Below, piece by piece: positions 54,981 to 64,000 of a DNA stretch of 64,000 bases (positions within the stretch are counted from its first letter, which is position 1; the number at the start of each line of letters is the position of its first letter). A model generated the notes under the pieces. It did no database searches. It worked only from the letters and a program-made list of their open reading frames with translations, and had not been told where the DNA came from. The position numbers were made by a program, and so were the translations under genes. Source of the DNA: Escherichia coli (GTDB lineage: Bacteria; Pseudomonadota; Gammaproteobacteria; Enterobacterales; Enterobacteriaceae); assembly GCF_003334305.1 (NCBI RefSeq), contig NZ_QOWS01000026.1; one strand, 5' to 3'.

Positions 54981-57767
54981 TTAGTGCGCCTGATCCCAGT
55001 TTTCGCCACTCCCCACTTCCACCAGCAACGGCACATCCAGACGGGTACAGTTTTCCATCAGTTGATGAATCTGCTTCGCGACGGCATCAACATCATCTTT
55101 ATGAACTTCAAATACCAGTTCATCGTGTACCTGCATGATCATACGTACACGCGGTTGCTCAGCCTGTAACCACGCATCAACGGCAATCATCGCCCGTTTG
55201 ATAATGTCGGCGGCGGTTCCCTGCATTGGCGCGTTAATGGCTGCACGTTCAGCCGCTGCACGACGAGCACCATTGCTGGATTTGATATCCGGCAGATACA
55301 GACGGCGTCCGTCCAGCGTTTCAACGTAGCCCTGCTCTTTCGCCTGAGCACGGGTGCGTTCCATATACTCCAGCACGCCAGGGTAGCGTTCGAAGTAAAG
55401 GTCCATGTACTTCTGCGCTTCTTTACGTGGAATGTTCAATTGCCGCGCCAGACCGAAAGCACTCATGCCATAAATCAGACCAAAGTTGATCGCTTTCGCG
55501 CTACGGCGTTGCTCGCTGGTGACGGTTTCCAGTGGCAAACCAAACACTTCTGCCGCCGTTGCCCGGTGGATATCTTTTCCTTCCGCGAATGCGGTCAGCA
55601 AGCCTTTGTCACGCGAGAGATGCGCCATAATGCGCAGTTCAATCTGCGAGTAGTCCGCTGAGACAATCACATAATCCTCTGGCGCAATAAACGCCTGGCG
55701 GATACGACGACCTTCTTCATTACGCACCGGAATGTTTTGCAGGTTAGGATCGGTTGACGATAAACGTCCCGTTGCAGTTACTGCCTGGTGATAAGAGGTA
55801 TGCACACGCCCGGTTTTCGGGTTGATCATCAGCGGCAGCTTGTCGGTGTAAGTCGACTTTAGCTTCGCCAGACCACGATACTCCAGAATCACTTTTGGCA
55901 ACGGATAGTCCAGCGCCAGTTCTTCCAGTACCTCTTCCGACGTTGACGGCGCGCCACCCGGCGTTTTCTTCAGCGGTTTAATGCCCTGTTTTTCAAACAG
56001 AATGGTTTGTAACTGCTTGGTGGAAGAAAGGTTAAATTCCTCACCTGCAATTTCATGCGCTTTCTTTTCCAGCTCAGCCAGACGAAGGGTGAGCTCTTCA
56101 GAATGATTGTGCAGCACTTTCGGATCGATCTTCACACCGTTACGTTCAATGCGTGAAAGCACCGGCACCAGCGGCATTTCGATATTCTCGAAGACGTTCA
56201 ACGGCCCTTTGTGTTTTTGCAGATCTGGCCACATTTTCAGATGCAACTGCAAGGTGACATCTGCATCTTCGGCGGCGTAACGTCCGGCTTCTTCGAGGGC
56301 AATCTGGTTAAAGGTCAGTTGATTTTTGCCTTTACCCGCAATCTCTTCAAAAGTGATGGTTTTGTGCTTCAACCAACGTTCCGCGAGGCTGTCCATATCG
56401 TGACGCCCGGCAACGCTATTGAGAATGTAGGACTCCAGCATGGTATCAAACGCAATCCCACGCAGCTCAATGCCGTAATTCGCCAGAATACCGCGATCGT
56501 ATTTCAGGTTTTGCCCGACCTTCAGCGCCTTTTCATCTTCCAGCAGCGGTTTTAGCAACTCGAGTGCACGCTCGCGAGAGATTTGATCGGGCGCGTCAAG
56601 ATAATCATGAGCAACCGGAATATATGCCGCTACGCCTGGCTCGATAGCAAAAGAAAGCCCGACCAGGTTAGCAGAGATGTTATCAAGGCTGTCGGTTTCG
56701 GTATCAAATGCAAATACCGGCGCTTTTTCCAGCTTCGCAATCCACGCTTTCAGTGTTTCTTCATCAAGGATGGTGACGTAGTTGTCATAAGAAATCACCG
56801 TTGCCGTCACTTCTGGTGCTTCGTCTGCAACACTGGTTTCCTGTGGCTTCGCGGCTGGTTTTGCCCCTTTGGCCTGTAACCATTTGCCCGCTTCGACATC
56901 AGCAGTCCAGCGTTTGAACTCATACTTTTTGAACAGCCCCAACAACTCTTCCGCTGCCGGTTGCTGCACTTCCAGTTGTTCACAGGTCAGCTCCAGTTCA
57001 ACGTCGGTTTTAATCGTCGCCAGCTGGTATGAGAGATAAGCAACTTCTTTGTTTTGCTCGAGCTTCGCTGCCATTGTTTTCGCGCCACGGAAGCTCAACC
57101 CAGCAATTTTTTCTGGCTCGGCATACAGCGTATCCAGCCCGCCCAGACCTTGCAGCAATGCCTGCGCGGTTTTTTCACCGACGCCCGGTACGCCAGGAAT
57201 GTTATCGGAGGAGTCACCCATCAGCGCCAGGAAATCGATGATCAGTTCTGGCGGCACGCCGTACTTATTCACCACCTCTTCCGGTCCGAGGATGGTATTC
57301 GTCATGGTATTGATAAGCGTAATATTTGGCGTCACCAGCTGCGCCATATCTTTATCGCCAGTGCTGATCAGCACCGGACGCCCGGCTTTTTCGGCTTCGC
57401 GCGCCAGAGTACCGATAACGTCGTCCGCTTCTACGCCAGAAACCGCCAGCAGCGGCAGTCCCATCGCTTTAACCATCGCGTGCAGGGGTTCGATTTGTGC
57501 TCGCAGATCGTTCGGCATTGGCGGGCGATGTGATTTGTAATGTTCAAACAGTTCATCACGAAAGGTTTTTCCCTTGGCGTCAAAGACCACCGCTGCATGC
57601 GTCGGTTTATATTGCATGATCAGACTGCGCAGCATGTTGAGGACACCATACATCGCACCGGTCGGCTCGCCTGCGCTGTTAGTCAGCGGGGGAAACGCGT
57701 GATATGCGCGATAAAGATAAGATGAACCATCTACAAGGATAAGTGGATTTTGGGGGATCTGAACCAT
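54981..57767 (-). CDS. polA: DNA polymerase I
   Basis: 928 aa [45 protein letters not shown]... Confidence 0.98.
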   Translation of the reverse strand: MVQIPQNPLILVDGSSYLYRAYHAFPPLTNSAGEPTGAMYGVLNMLRSLIMQYKPTHAAVVFDAKGKTFRDELFEHYKSHRPPMPNDLRAQIEPLHAMVKAMGLPLLAVSGVEADDVIGTLAREAEKAGRPVLISTGDKDMAQLVTPNITLINTMTNTILGPEEVVNKYGVPPELIIDFLALMGDSSDNIPGVPGVGEKTAQALLQGLGGLDTLYAEPEKIAGLSFRGAKTMAAKLEQNKEVAYLSYQLATIKTDVELELTCEQLEVQQPAAEELLGLFKKYEFKRWTADVEAGKWLQAKGAKPAAKPQETSVADEAPEVTATVISYDNYVTILDEETLKAWIAKLEKAPVFAFDTETDSLDNISANLVGLSFAIEPGVAAYIPVAHDYLDAPDQISRERALELLKPLLEDEKALKVGQNLKYDRGILANYGIELRGIAFDTMLESYILNSVAGRHDMDSLAERWLKHKTITFEEIAGKGKNQLTFNQIALEEAGRYAAEDADVTLQLHLKMWPDLQKHKGPLNVFENIEMPLVPVLSRIERNGVKIDPKVLHNHSEELTLRLAELEKKAHEIAGEEFNLSSTKQLQTILFEKQGIKPLKKTPGGAPSTSEEVLEELALDYPLPKVILEYRGLAKLKSTYTDKLPLMINPKTGRVHTSYHQAVTATGRLSSTDPNLQNIPVRNEEGRRIRQAFIAPEDYVIVSADYSQIELRIMAHLSRDKGLLTAFAEGKDIHRATAAEVFGLPLETVTSEQRRSAKAINFGLIYGMSAFGLARQLNIPRKEAQKYMDLYFERYPGVLEYMERTRAQAKEQGYVETLDGRRLYLPDIKSSNGARRAAAERAAINAPMQGTAADIIKRAMIAVDAWLQAEQPRVRMIMQVHDELVFEVHKDDVDAVAKQIHQLMENCTRLDVPLLVEVGSGENWDQAH

Positions 57768-57890
57768 AATGTCCGTGCCTGTTTATCAGATTATGGGTAA
57801 AGGATGCCACAGACAGGATGAAAACATGAGTTTTTCACCGCTTTTCGTGAAAATCTTTTGTAGATCTTCTGGATCGCTCGCAAATCGTCA

Positions 57891-57899
57891 TGTGGATAA
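57891..57899. promoter_or_regulatory. DnaA box in polA promoter region
   Basis: tgtggataa is an exact match to the DnaA box consensus TTATCCACA on the other strand; a second near-match tgtggatag at 58032..58040. Confidence 0.55.
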
Positions 57900-58130
57900 C
57901 TTTGTGCATAAATTATTTACATCGCTTTTAATTTATTATCATGCTTTTTACAGCATGATGTTTGTCTTTGTTTTTCATGCAGTTAAAAATAAAGCCATCC
58001 CTAATAATTGAGATAATGGGATTTTTTCTAATGTGGATAGATATGAATTATTTTTCTCCTTAAGGATCATCCGTTATTTGGGTCGTTTTCTGCTAAAATC
58101 TGCGCCTTGCGCTTCTTTAGCGCACTGTCT

Positions 58131-59063
58131 ATGGCTAACCTTTTGAATAAATTCATTATGACGAGAATACTCGCTGCGATAACCCTTTTGCTGAGTATCG
58201 TATTGACCATTTTGGTCACTATTTTTTGTTCCGTCCCGATCATCATTGCCGGGATTGTAAAACTATTGCTACCTGTGCCAGTCATTTGGCGAAAGGTTTC
58301 GCGTTTTTGTGATTTTATGATGTATTGCTGGTGTGAAGGTCTGGCGGTATTACTGCATCTGAACCCACACCTGCAATGGGAAGTTCACGGGCTGGAAGGG
58401 TTAAGTAAGAAGAACTGGTATCTGCTTATTTGTAACCACCGTAGTTGGGCAGATATTGTCGTACTATGCGTGCTGTTTCGTAAGCACATTCCGATGAATA
58501 AATATTTCCTCAAGCAACAGCTGGCCTGGGTGCCATTTCTTGGCCTGGCGTGCTGGGCGCTGGATATGCCGTTTATGAAGCGTTATTCCCGCGCTTATTT
58601 ATTACGTCATCCGGAGCGACGTGGTAAAGATGTTGAAACCACTCGGCGTTCTTGTGAAAAGTTTCGCCTGCATCCCACCACCATTGTCAATTTCGTTGAA
58701 GGCTCCCGTTTCACGCAAGAAAAACATCAGCAAACCCACTCCACTTTTCAAAACTTGTTGCCACCAAAGGCGGCAGGCATTGCGATGGCGCTAAATGTAC
58801 TGGGTAAACAATTCGATAAACTGCTTAATGTTACGCTGTGTTATCCGGACAATAACCGTCAGCCGTTCTTCGATATGTTAAGCGGTAAACTGACGCGAAT
58901 TGTCGTTCATGTGGATTTACAGCCTATTGCCGATGAGTTACATGGCGACTACATCAATGACAAAAGCTTTAAGCGCCATTTTCAGCAATGGCTGAACTCA
59001 CTGTGGCAGGAAAAAGACCGACTTCTGACGTCGTTGATGTCATCACAGCGGCAGGACAAGTAA
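58131..59063 (+). CDS. yihG: PlsC-like acyltransferase YihG
   Basis: 310 aa from ATG 58131 ([21 protein letters not shown]...), acyltransferase motif ..[12 protein letters not shown].. Confidence 0.9.
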   Translation: MANLLNKFIMTRILAAITLLLSIVLTILVTIFCSVPIIIAGIVKLLLPVPVIWRKVSRFCDFMMYCWCEGLAVLLHLNPHLQWEVHGLEGLSKKNWYLLICNHRSWADIVVLCVLFRKHIPMNKYFLKQQLAWVPFLGLACWALDMPFMKRYSRAYLLRHPERRGKDVETTRRSCEKFRLHPTTIVNFVEGSRFTQEKHQQTHSTFQNLLPPKAAGIAMALNVLGKQFDKLLNVTLCYPDNNRQPFFDMLSGKLTRIVVHVDLQPIADELHGDYINDKSFKRHFQQWLNSLWQEKDRLLTSLMSSQRQDK

Positions 59064-59067
59064 ATTT

Positions 59068-59097
59068 TGCTCGCCTCTGAATGAGCAGAGGCGAGTG
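59068..59097. terminator. Bidirectional terminator hairpin between convergent yihG and yihF
   Basis: Inverted repeat ctcgcctctg / cagaggcgag with AT-rich flanks. Confidence 0.55.
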
Positions 59098-59103
59098 AGT
59101 ATT

Positions 59104-60534
59104 TTAATGAACAAAACGTCCGGCACGAGACATAAATTCTTCTTCGCTCATCTCCTGTCCGTTAAAAACAACTTTACCCGGTGTATAACGCAGTTGCAGC
59201 GAGGCGGTATTGTTGTCAATCGTGATTAACTGAAACATCTGACCTAAGGTCATCATCCCGCTGATTTGTTTATCAGCCCGCTTTTGCGCTTTTTCCGCAT
59301 CCATTCCTTCAGATAAATTAAGCTGTTTTGCGGTTTCTGTGGCGACATTAAGCGGTAACTTCACATCAAAATTGAGCGATTTAATATCTTTGTTTGTGGA
59401 TGATGAAGATTTGGCTGGGTCGGCAATACTGATATCCAGATTGGCATTTAGTTCGCCGAGTGCGTTCTTCCATTTTACCGGTTGTTTAATGGTCGGCTCA
59501 CTTTTTTGTAATAACGGTAAATACTCTTTGAACAATGCAGCATTCACTTCTTGCAGAGCAACTTCATCGTTTGCTAACTCAGGGTGTGCAGCAAGCTGCT
59601 TCTGCATTGCAATGTTATACTGGATGATAAATTGGCGCACCGCTGAGGGATCAATAGATTCAGCAATCAATGACCACTCACCACTACCGAGTTGCTGATT
59701 CCCTTTTGTTAACTTATCAAGTTCGTAGGTCAGATTGACATTGATATAATCTTTGTCTTTAACGCGATCCAGCCTGGTTTTTGCAACGAAAGCATCGATT
59801 TGGGCAACGTCTTCCCCGTGATTGATAATGTTAATCTGATTAAATTTCGACTCGCTTTCACCAACCGGAAATTTCTTTTCTTCTAATCGCGCCAGAGAAT
59901 CAATGGTAAAACTTTTTGCCGTTACTTTGTTCATTGGTGATAATTGCAGAACAATATCTTCGACTTTGCCTTCAATATCCAGGTTAGACAATGAACTACC
60001 ATCACCATTAAAAGTAAACTGGCCCTCACCAAAAGAAAACTTTCCATACTCTGCAGGGGCAACATCTAATGTCGTAGAGAATGAGCCACCAAACGCGAAT
60101 CGCAATGTCGCTTCCACGGGCGATTTATTTTTCGCGGCGATAAATAGCGGTTGTGTCAGTTCATTATTCACTAAGTTCACTTTTGCCGCTGCCAGTGCTG
60201 GGATGACATTACCATGCATTAACATTGTGATGGGCAACGGACCGTGCTCAACATCCACATCAAATACAACTTTCTGGCCTGGCTTGATATTGAGATCGGG
60301 TGCACCGTTATCGAATGTCATTTGCATTTGAAAACGGGAATTAAAAAAGCCTTTGTCAAAATTTTGATAACTTAACGTCATATCGTAGGCATGTTCACCT
60401 TTCTTTTTAGCATCGTTAAAATCTTTAATAAATTTTTCGACACCAGGCTGAATTTGTGTACCTGTGTACCATGTGCCACCACCCCAGATTACGGCTAACG
60501 CAACAATAACACCTGTAGCTGACTTACGTATCAT
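59104..60534 (-). CDS. yihF: DUF945-family protein YihF
   Basis: 476 aa from ATG 60534 (MIRKSATGVIVALAVIWGGGTWYTG...), N-terminal signal/anchor. Confidence 0.88.
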   Translation of the reverse strand: MIRKSATGVIVALAVIWGGGTWYTGTQIQPGVEKFIKDFNDAKKKGEHAYDMTLSYQNFDKGFFNSRFQMQMTFDNGAPDLNIKPGQKVVFDVDVEHGPLPITMLMHGNVIPALAAAKVNLVNNELTQPLFIAAKNKSPVEATLRFAFGGSFSTTLDVAPAEYGKFSFGEGQFTFNGDGSSLSNLDIEGKVEDIVLQLSPMNKVTAKSFTIDSLARLEEKKFPVGESESKFNQINIINHGEDVAQIDAFVAKTRLDRVKDKDYINVNLTYELDKLTKGNQQLGSGEWSLIAESIDPSAVRQFIIQYNIAMQKQLAAHPELANDEVALQEVNAALFKEYLPLLQKSEPTIKQPVKWKNALGELNANLDISIADPAKSSSSTNKDIKSLNFDVKLPLNVATETAKQLNLSEGMDAEKAQKRADKQISGMMTLGQMFQLITIDNNTASLQLRYTPGKVVFNGQEMSEEEFMSRAGRFVH

Positions 60535-60639
60535 ATAAATATTCCCTGATAAAACAGCAAAACTTTGAATATCCACTTATGCTGAAATAATGTCCAGCGG
60601 CAGGATGCATTATCAGAATGTATTTATATTTATTAAATA

Positions 60640-60670
60640 ATAAAAAAAGCCCGTGAATATTCACGGGCTT
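60640..60670 (-). terminator. dsbA terminator
   Basis: Stem agcccgtgaatattcacgggct followed on minus strand by a T-run, just downstream of dsbA stop. Confidence 0.7.
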
Positions 60671-60688
60671 TATGTAATTTACATTTAA

Positions 60689-61315
60689 TTATTTTTTCTC
60701 GGACAGATATTTCACTGTATCAGCATACTGCTGAACAAAAACATCCATATTGCTGGTATCCATGCCCTGCGGATTCAGCTGATATTTACCGTTAACAAAC
60801 ATCGCCGGAACACCACGCAATTGCACGTCAGCTGCAGCTTTTTCCTGCTGAGCGACCAGAGATTTCACCACGAAGCTGTTCCACGCCGCGTCGTACTCTT
60901 CACCTTTAATACCTGCGTTGATAAATACATCGCGGATATCAGATGCTGAACGAATGGTCTGGGTTTTCTGTACGCCTTCAAACAGCGGAACAGTCACTTT
61001 GTCTTCCACGCCCAGCGCCATCGCCACAGCCCATGCCTGAGTCAGATCTTTGCCCAGGTCACCACCCATGAAGTTGACGTGGTATTTAGTCATCTTCACG
61101 CCTTCCGGCAGTTTTTTCTTCACATTATCAGAAATATGCAGAACTTCTTCAAACTGATAGCAGTGCGGACAGAAGAAAGAGAAAAACTCCAGCACTTGCG
61201 GCGCGCCAGCTACCGGTTTTTCCAGGGTAGTGTACTGTTTACCATCTTCATACTGCGCCGCCGATGCGCTAAACGCTAAAACTAAACCAGCCAGCGCCAG
61301 CCAAATCTTTTTCAT
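60689..61315 (-). CDS. dsbA: Periplasmic thiol:disulfide oxidoreductase
   Basis: 208 aa ORF with signal peptide and active site CPHC. Confidence 0.97.
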
Positions 61316-61331
61316 GATCTACTCTCTCCGA

Positions 61332-62318
61332 TTAATACATAGGTGTTAATTGTAAAGGGGGTTCTTGTAGAACTTTTGCCTGTTCTATAAAAGTCGCCGT
61401 TTGTCGCAGCCAGTAATCTTCCCCGGTTAACCACGGGAAATTTTTCGGGAACGCGGGATCAGCCCAACGCCGCATTAGCCAGGCAAGATAATAAACCAAA
61501 CGCATGGCGCGTAAAGGTTCAATCAGTCCGATTTCAGCGGTGTCGAACTCGCTAAATTCTTCATAAGCTTCAATAATAGTTTCCAGTTGCATCCGCTGCT
61601 CGGCTTTATCGCCATTGAGCAACATCCACAAATCCTGAATAGCTGGACCATTACGTGCATCATCCAGATCAACAAACATTGGACCATCGCGCCAGAGAAT
61701 ATTCCCGGCGTGGCAGTCTCCATGTAGCCGCAGAACGGTGAAGTCTTCCCGCCAGTGTGCTGTAACGGCGGCGATCAGCTCATCTGTCGCTTTCAGGAAT
61801 GCCGCTTTCAACCCGGAAGGCATCAGTGTAGCGTCCTCAAACAGCTTGCGTGGCTCAATGAGATATTCATTCAGACCGATGGTCGGGCGATGGATAAAAA
61901 GCTGTTTGCGCCCCGTCTGGTGCATACGCCCTAAATAACGCCCAACCGCTTCCATCTGATCGATATTATCAGCTTCGAACTGGCGACCACCGACGCTTGG
62001 AAAAACAGCGAAATAAAATCCCTGATGATTCAATAAAGTCTGACCGTTAAAGGCCACAGGTGCTGCGACCGGAACTTCATCATTTACCAACTGCAACGCA
62101 AATTGATGTTCTTCGAGGATTTGATCGGCTGTCCAACGTTCAGGGCGATAAAATTTGACGACAAAACGTCGACGATCTTCGTCCTGAAATTGATAGACAC
62201 GGTTTTCATAGCTGTTAAGCGGGGTAAGACCGGAATCCACCCGGATCCCTTGCTCAAATAGAGCATCCATGATGGTATCCGGGTGTAGTGTCTGGAAAGT
62301 AAAAGCGCTGTTGTTCAT
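61332..62318 (-). CDS. srkA: Stress response Ser/Thr kinase SrkA (YihE)
   Basis: 328 aa ORF MNNSAFTFQTLHPDTIMDALFEQGIRVDSG..., kinase catalytic motif HGDCHAGN. Confidence 0.93.
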   Translation of the reverse strand: MNNSAFTFQTLHPDTIMDALFEQGIRVDSGLTPLNSYENRVYQFQDEDRRRFVVKFYRPERWTADQILEEHQFALQLVNDEVPVAAPVAFNGQTLLNHQGFYFAVFPSVGGRQFEADNIDQMEAVGRYLGRMHQTGRKQLFIHRPTIGLNEYLIEPRKLFEDATLMPSGLKAAFLKATDELIAAVTAHWREDFTVLRLHGDCHAGNILWRDGPMFVDLDDARNGPAIQDLWMLLNGDKAEQRMQLETIIEAYEEFSEFDTAEIGLIEPLRAMRLVYYLAWLMRRWADPAFPKNFPWLTGEDYWLRQTATFIEQAKVLQEPPLQLTPMY

Positions 62319-62394
62319 CCCATCATCCGGAAAACATTACGAATGATGAAGGATATCATTTCACGATGATTTTGGTGGCACCGCTTACAAGCTT

Positions 62395-62664
62395 TTACTC
62401 TTTAATTACGCCACGAGCGCGTAACAGCGCCGTTTTGAAGTCTTCTTCATAATCTTTCTGCAAACCCGGGATCACCGCATCTTTCGCGGAATCACGCATT
62501 TTCAGGTGATAGATCAGAATGTCATCCGTCAAATCCGCCAGTTCGCCGTCAAAACCTGACTCTTTCGCCAGTTTCTGCAAAAATTGCAACAGGTTAAGGT
62601 CTGGCTCTTTTTGCCAGGCTGGCTGGAGGAGTTCAATAACTTCATTCAGACGTTTACATTTCAT
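62395..62664 (-). CDS. yihD: Small protein YihD (DUF1040)
   Basis: 89 aa from ATG 62664 ([29 protein letters not shown]...) with AAGGAG SD. Confidence 0.88.
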
Positions 62665-62733
62665 AGTAATGCTCCTTACTCTTGAGACAGACACGTTAGC
62701 AGGGTCAATCCCACAATAAAAGAGGCGATATCG

Positions 62734-63318
62734 GTGAATCTGATGACGACGATAACAGGCGTTGTGCTGGCAGGCGGTAAAGCCAGACGAATGGGCGGCG
62801 TAGATAAAGGATTGCTTGAATTAAACGGCAAACCATTATGGCAACATGTCGCTGACGCGCTTATGACGCAGCTCTCTCACGTCGTGGTTAATGCCAATCG
62901 CCATCAGGAAATCTATCAGGCAAGCGGTCTGAAAGTGATTGAAGATTCACTGGCGGATTACCCAGGCCCTCTGGCAGGAATGCTTTCAGTAATGCAGCAG
63001 GAAGCAGGCGAGTGGTTTTTGTTTTGTCCGTGCGATACTCCTTATATTCCCGAGGATTTAGCAGCCCGGCTTAATCATCAGCGCAAAGATGCGCCTGTCG
63101 TGTGGGTCCACGACGGTGAACGCGATCACCCGACTATTGCTCTGGTAAACCGCGCAATTGAGCCTTTATTACTGGAATATCTGCAAGCAGGAGAACGCCG
63201 GGTAATGGCATTTATGCGTCTGGCTGGCGGTCATGCGGTTGATTTCAGCGATAATAAAGATGCATTTATTAACGTGAATACGCCAGAGGAGCTTGCCCGA
63301 TGGCAGGAAAAACGATGA
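62734..63318 (+). CDS. mobA: Molybdenum cofactor guanylyltransferase
   Basis: 194 aa ORF (M)[27 protein letters not shown]...; first codon is GTG with AGAGG SD. Confidence 0.93.
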
Positions 63319-63827
63319 TACCGTTACTCGCCTTTGCCGCGTGGAGTGGTACCGGAAAAACTACGCTTTTGAAACAACTGATCCCGGCATTATGCGCCAG
63401 AGGGATCCGTCCAGGGCTGATTAAGCATACGCACCATGATATGGATGTTGATAAGCCAGGCAAAGATAGCTATGAGCTGCGCAAGGCTGGCGCGGCACAA
63501 ACCATCGTTGCCAGCCAGCAACGATGGGCCTTGATGACGGAAACACCAGACGAAGAAGAGCTGGATCTACAGTTTCTCGCAAGTCGAATGGATACCTCAA
63601 AGCTGGATTTGATTCTGGTCGAAGGGTTTAAGCATGAAGAGATCGCAAAGATTGTGCTGTTTCGCGATGGAGCCGGACATCGACCTGAAGAATTAGTGAT
63701 AGACAGGCATGTTATTGCTGTAGCCAGTGATGTGCCGCTTAATCTTGATGTCGCATTACTGGATATTAATGATGTTGAGGGGCTGGCTGATTTTGTGGTG
63801 GAGTGGATGCAAAAGCAGAACGGATAA
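63300..63827 (+). CDS. mobB: Molybdopterin-guanine dinucleotide biosynthesis adapter protein
   Basis: 175 aa ORF with P-loop GTGKTT; overlaps mobA end. Confidence 0.92.
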   Translation: MAGKTMIPLLAFAAWSGTGKTTLLKQLIPALCARGIRPGLIKHTHHDMDVDKPGKDSYELRKAGAAQTIVASQQRWALMTETPDEEELDLQFLASRMDTSKLDLILVEGFKHEEIAKIVLFRDGAGHRPEELVIDRHVIAVASDVPLNLDVALLDINDVEGLADFVVEWMQKQNG

Positions 63828-63830
63828 GCA

Positions 63831-63870
63831 AGAGTAGGCTGGATAAGACGCGCCAGCGTCGCATCCGGCA
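63831..63870. repeat. REP-like palindrome
   Basis: aggctggataagacgcgccagcgtcgcatccggc. Confidence 0.55.
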
Positions 63871-63889
63871 TTTTTTTCTGCGCCAATGC

Positions 63890-63916
63890 AAAAAGGCCAT
63901 CCTGACGGATGGCCTT
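63890..63916 (-). terminator. rRNA operon terminator
   Basis: Stem ggccatcctgacggatggcc followed on minus strand by a T-run, directly 3' of the 5S rRNA gene. Confidence 0.7.
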
Positions 63917-63928
63917 CTGCTTAATTTG

Positions 63929-64000
63929 ATGCCTGGCAGTTCCCTACTCTCGCATGGGGAGACCCCACACTACCATCGGCGCTACGGCGTTTCACTTCTG
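63929..64000 (-). rRNA. rrf: 5S ribosomal RNA, 3' portion (runs off window end)
   Basis: Plus strand atgcctggcagttccctactctcgcatggggagaccccacactaccatcggcgctacggcgtttcacttctg is the reverse complement of the 5S rRNA 3' region. Confidence 0.9.

Noticed and set aside
57769-58011. 80-aa plus-strand ORF immediately upstream of polA
   Set aside because: Sits in the polA/yihG promoter region containing DnaA-box-like sites; AT-rich, no SD.

Overview
This 64 kb window is an Escherichia coli-type chromosomal segment, collinear with the K-12 rha / fdo / yih / gln / polA region but in reverse-complement orientation. Gene order: yiiM (partial), kdgT, sodA, rhaT, rhaSR, rhaBADM, frvABXR, yiiG, fdhD, fdoGHI-fdhE, yiiF, yiiE, a ~2.4 kb yiiE-yiiD interval, yiiD-dtd-yihY-yihX, the sulfoquinovose cluster yihW-yihV/yihUTS-yihR-yihQ-yihP-yihO-ompL, yihN-yihM-yihL, typA, glnALG, yshB, hemN, yihI, csrC, engB, spf, polA, yihG, yihF, dsbA, srkA, yihD, mobAB, then the terminator and 3' end of a 5S rRNA gene. 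All identifications come from reading the six-frame translations and recognising the proteins from memory; no database search was run. Almost everything is core genome. The one segment I do not recognise from K-12 is the yiiE-yiiD interval (about 23.9-26.3 kb), which holds a RelE/HigB-superfamily toxin with an XRE-HTH antitoxin, a divergent alpha/beta-hydrolase esterase, and a possible 30-codon ORF. A conserved 20-bp element with sigma-54-like -24/-12 spacing sits about 100-120 bp upstream of yiiF, yiiE and the toxin gene, tying the three units together; this is the most interesting candidate for something undescribed, but it rests on sequence inspection only. No CRISPR array, IS element, transposase, integrase or tRNA gene was seen. 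Known non-coding and recoding features recognised: fdoG in-frame UGA (selenocysteine), CsrC, Spot 42, a probable GlnZ 3'UTR sRNA, glnAp2, and several REP/BIME clusters.
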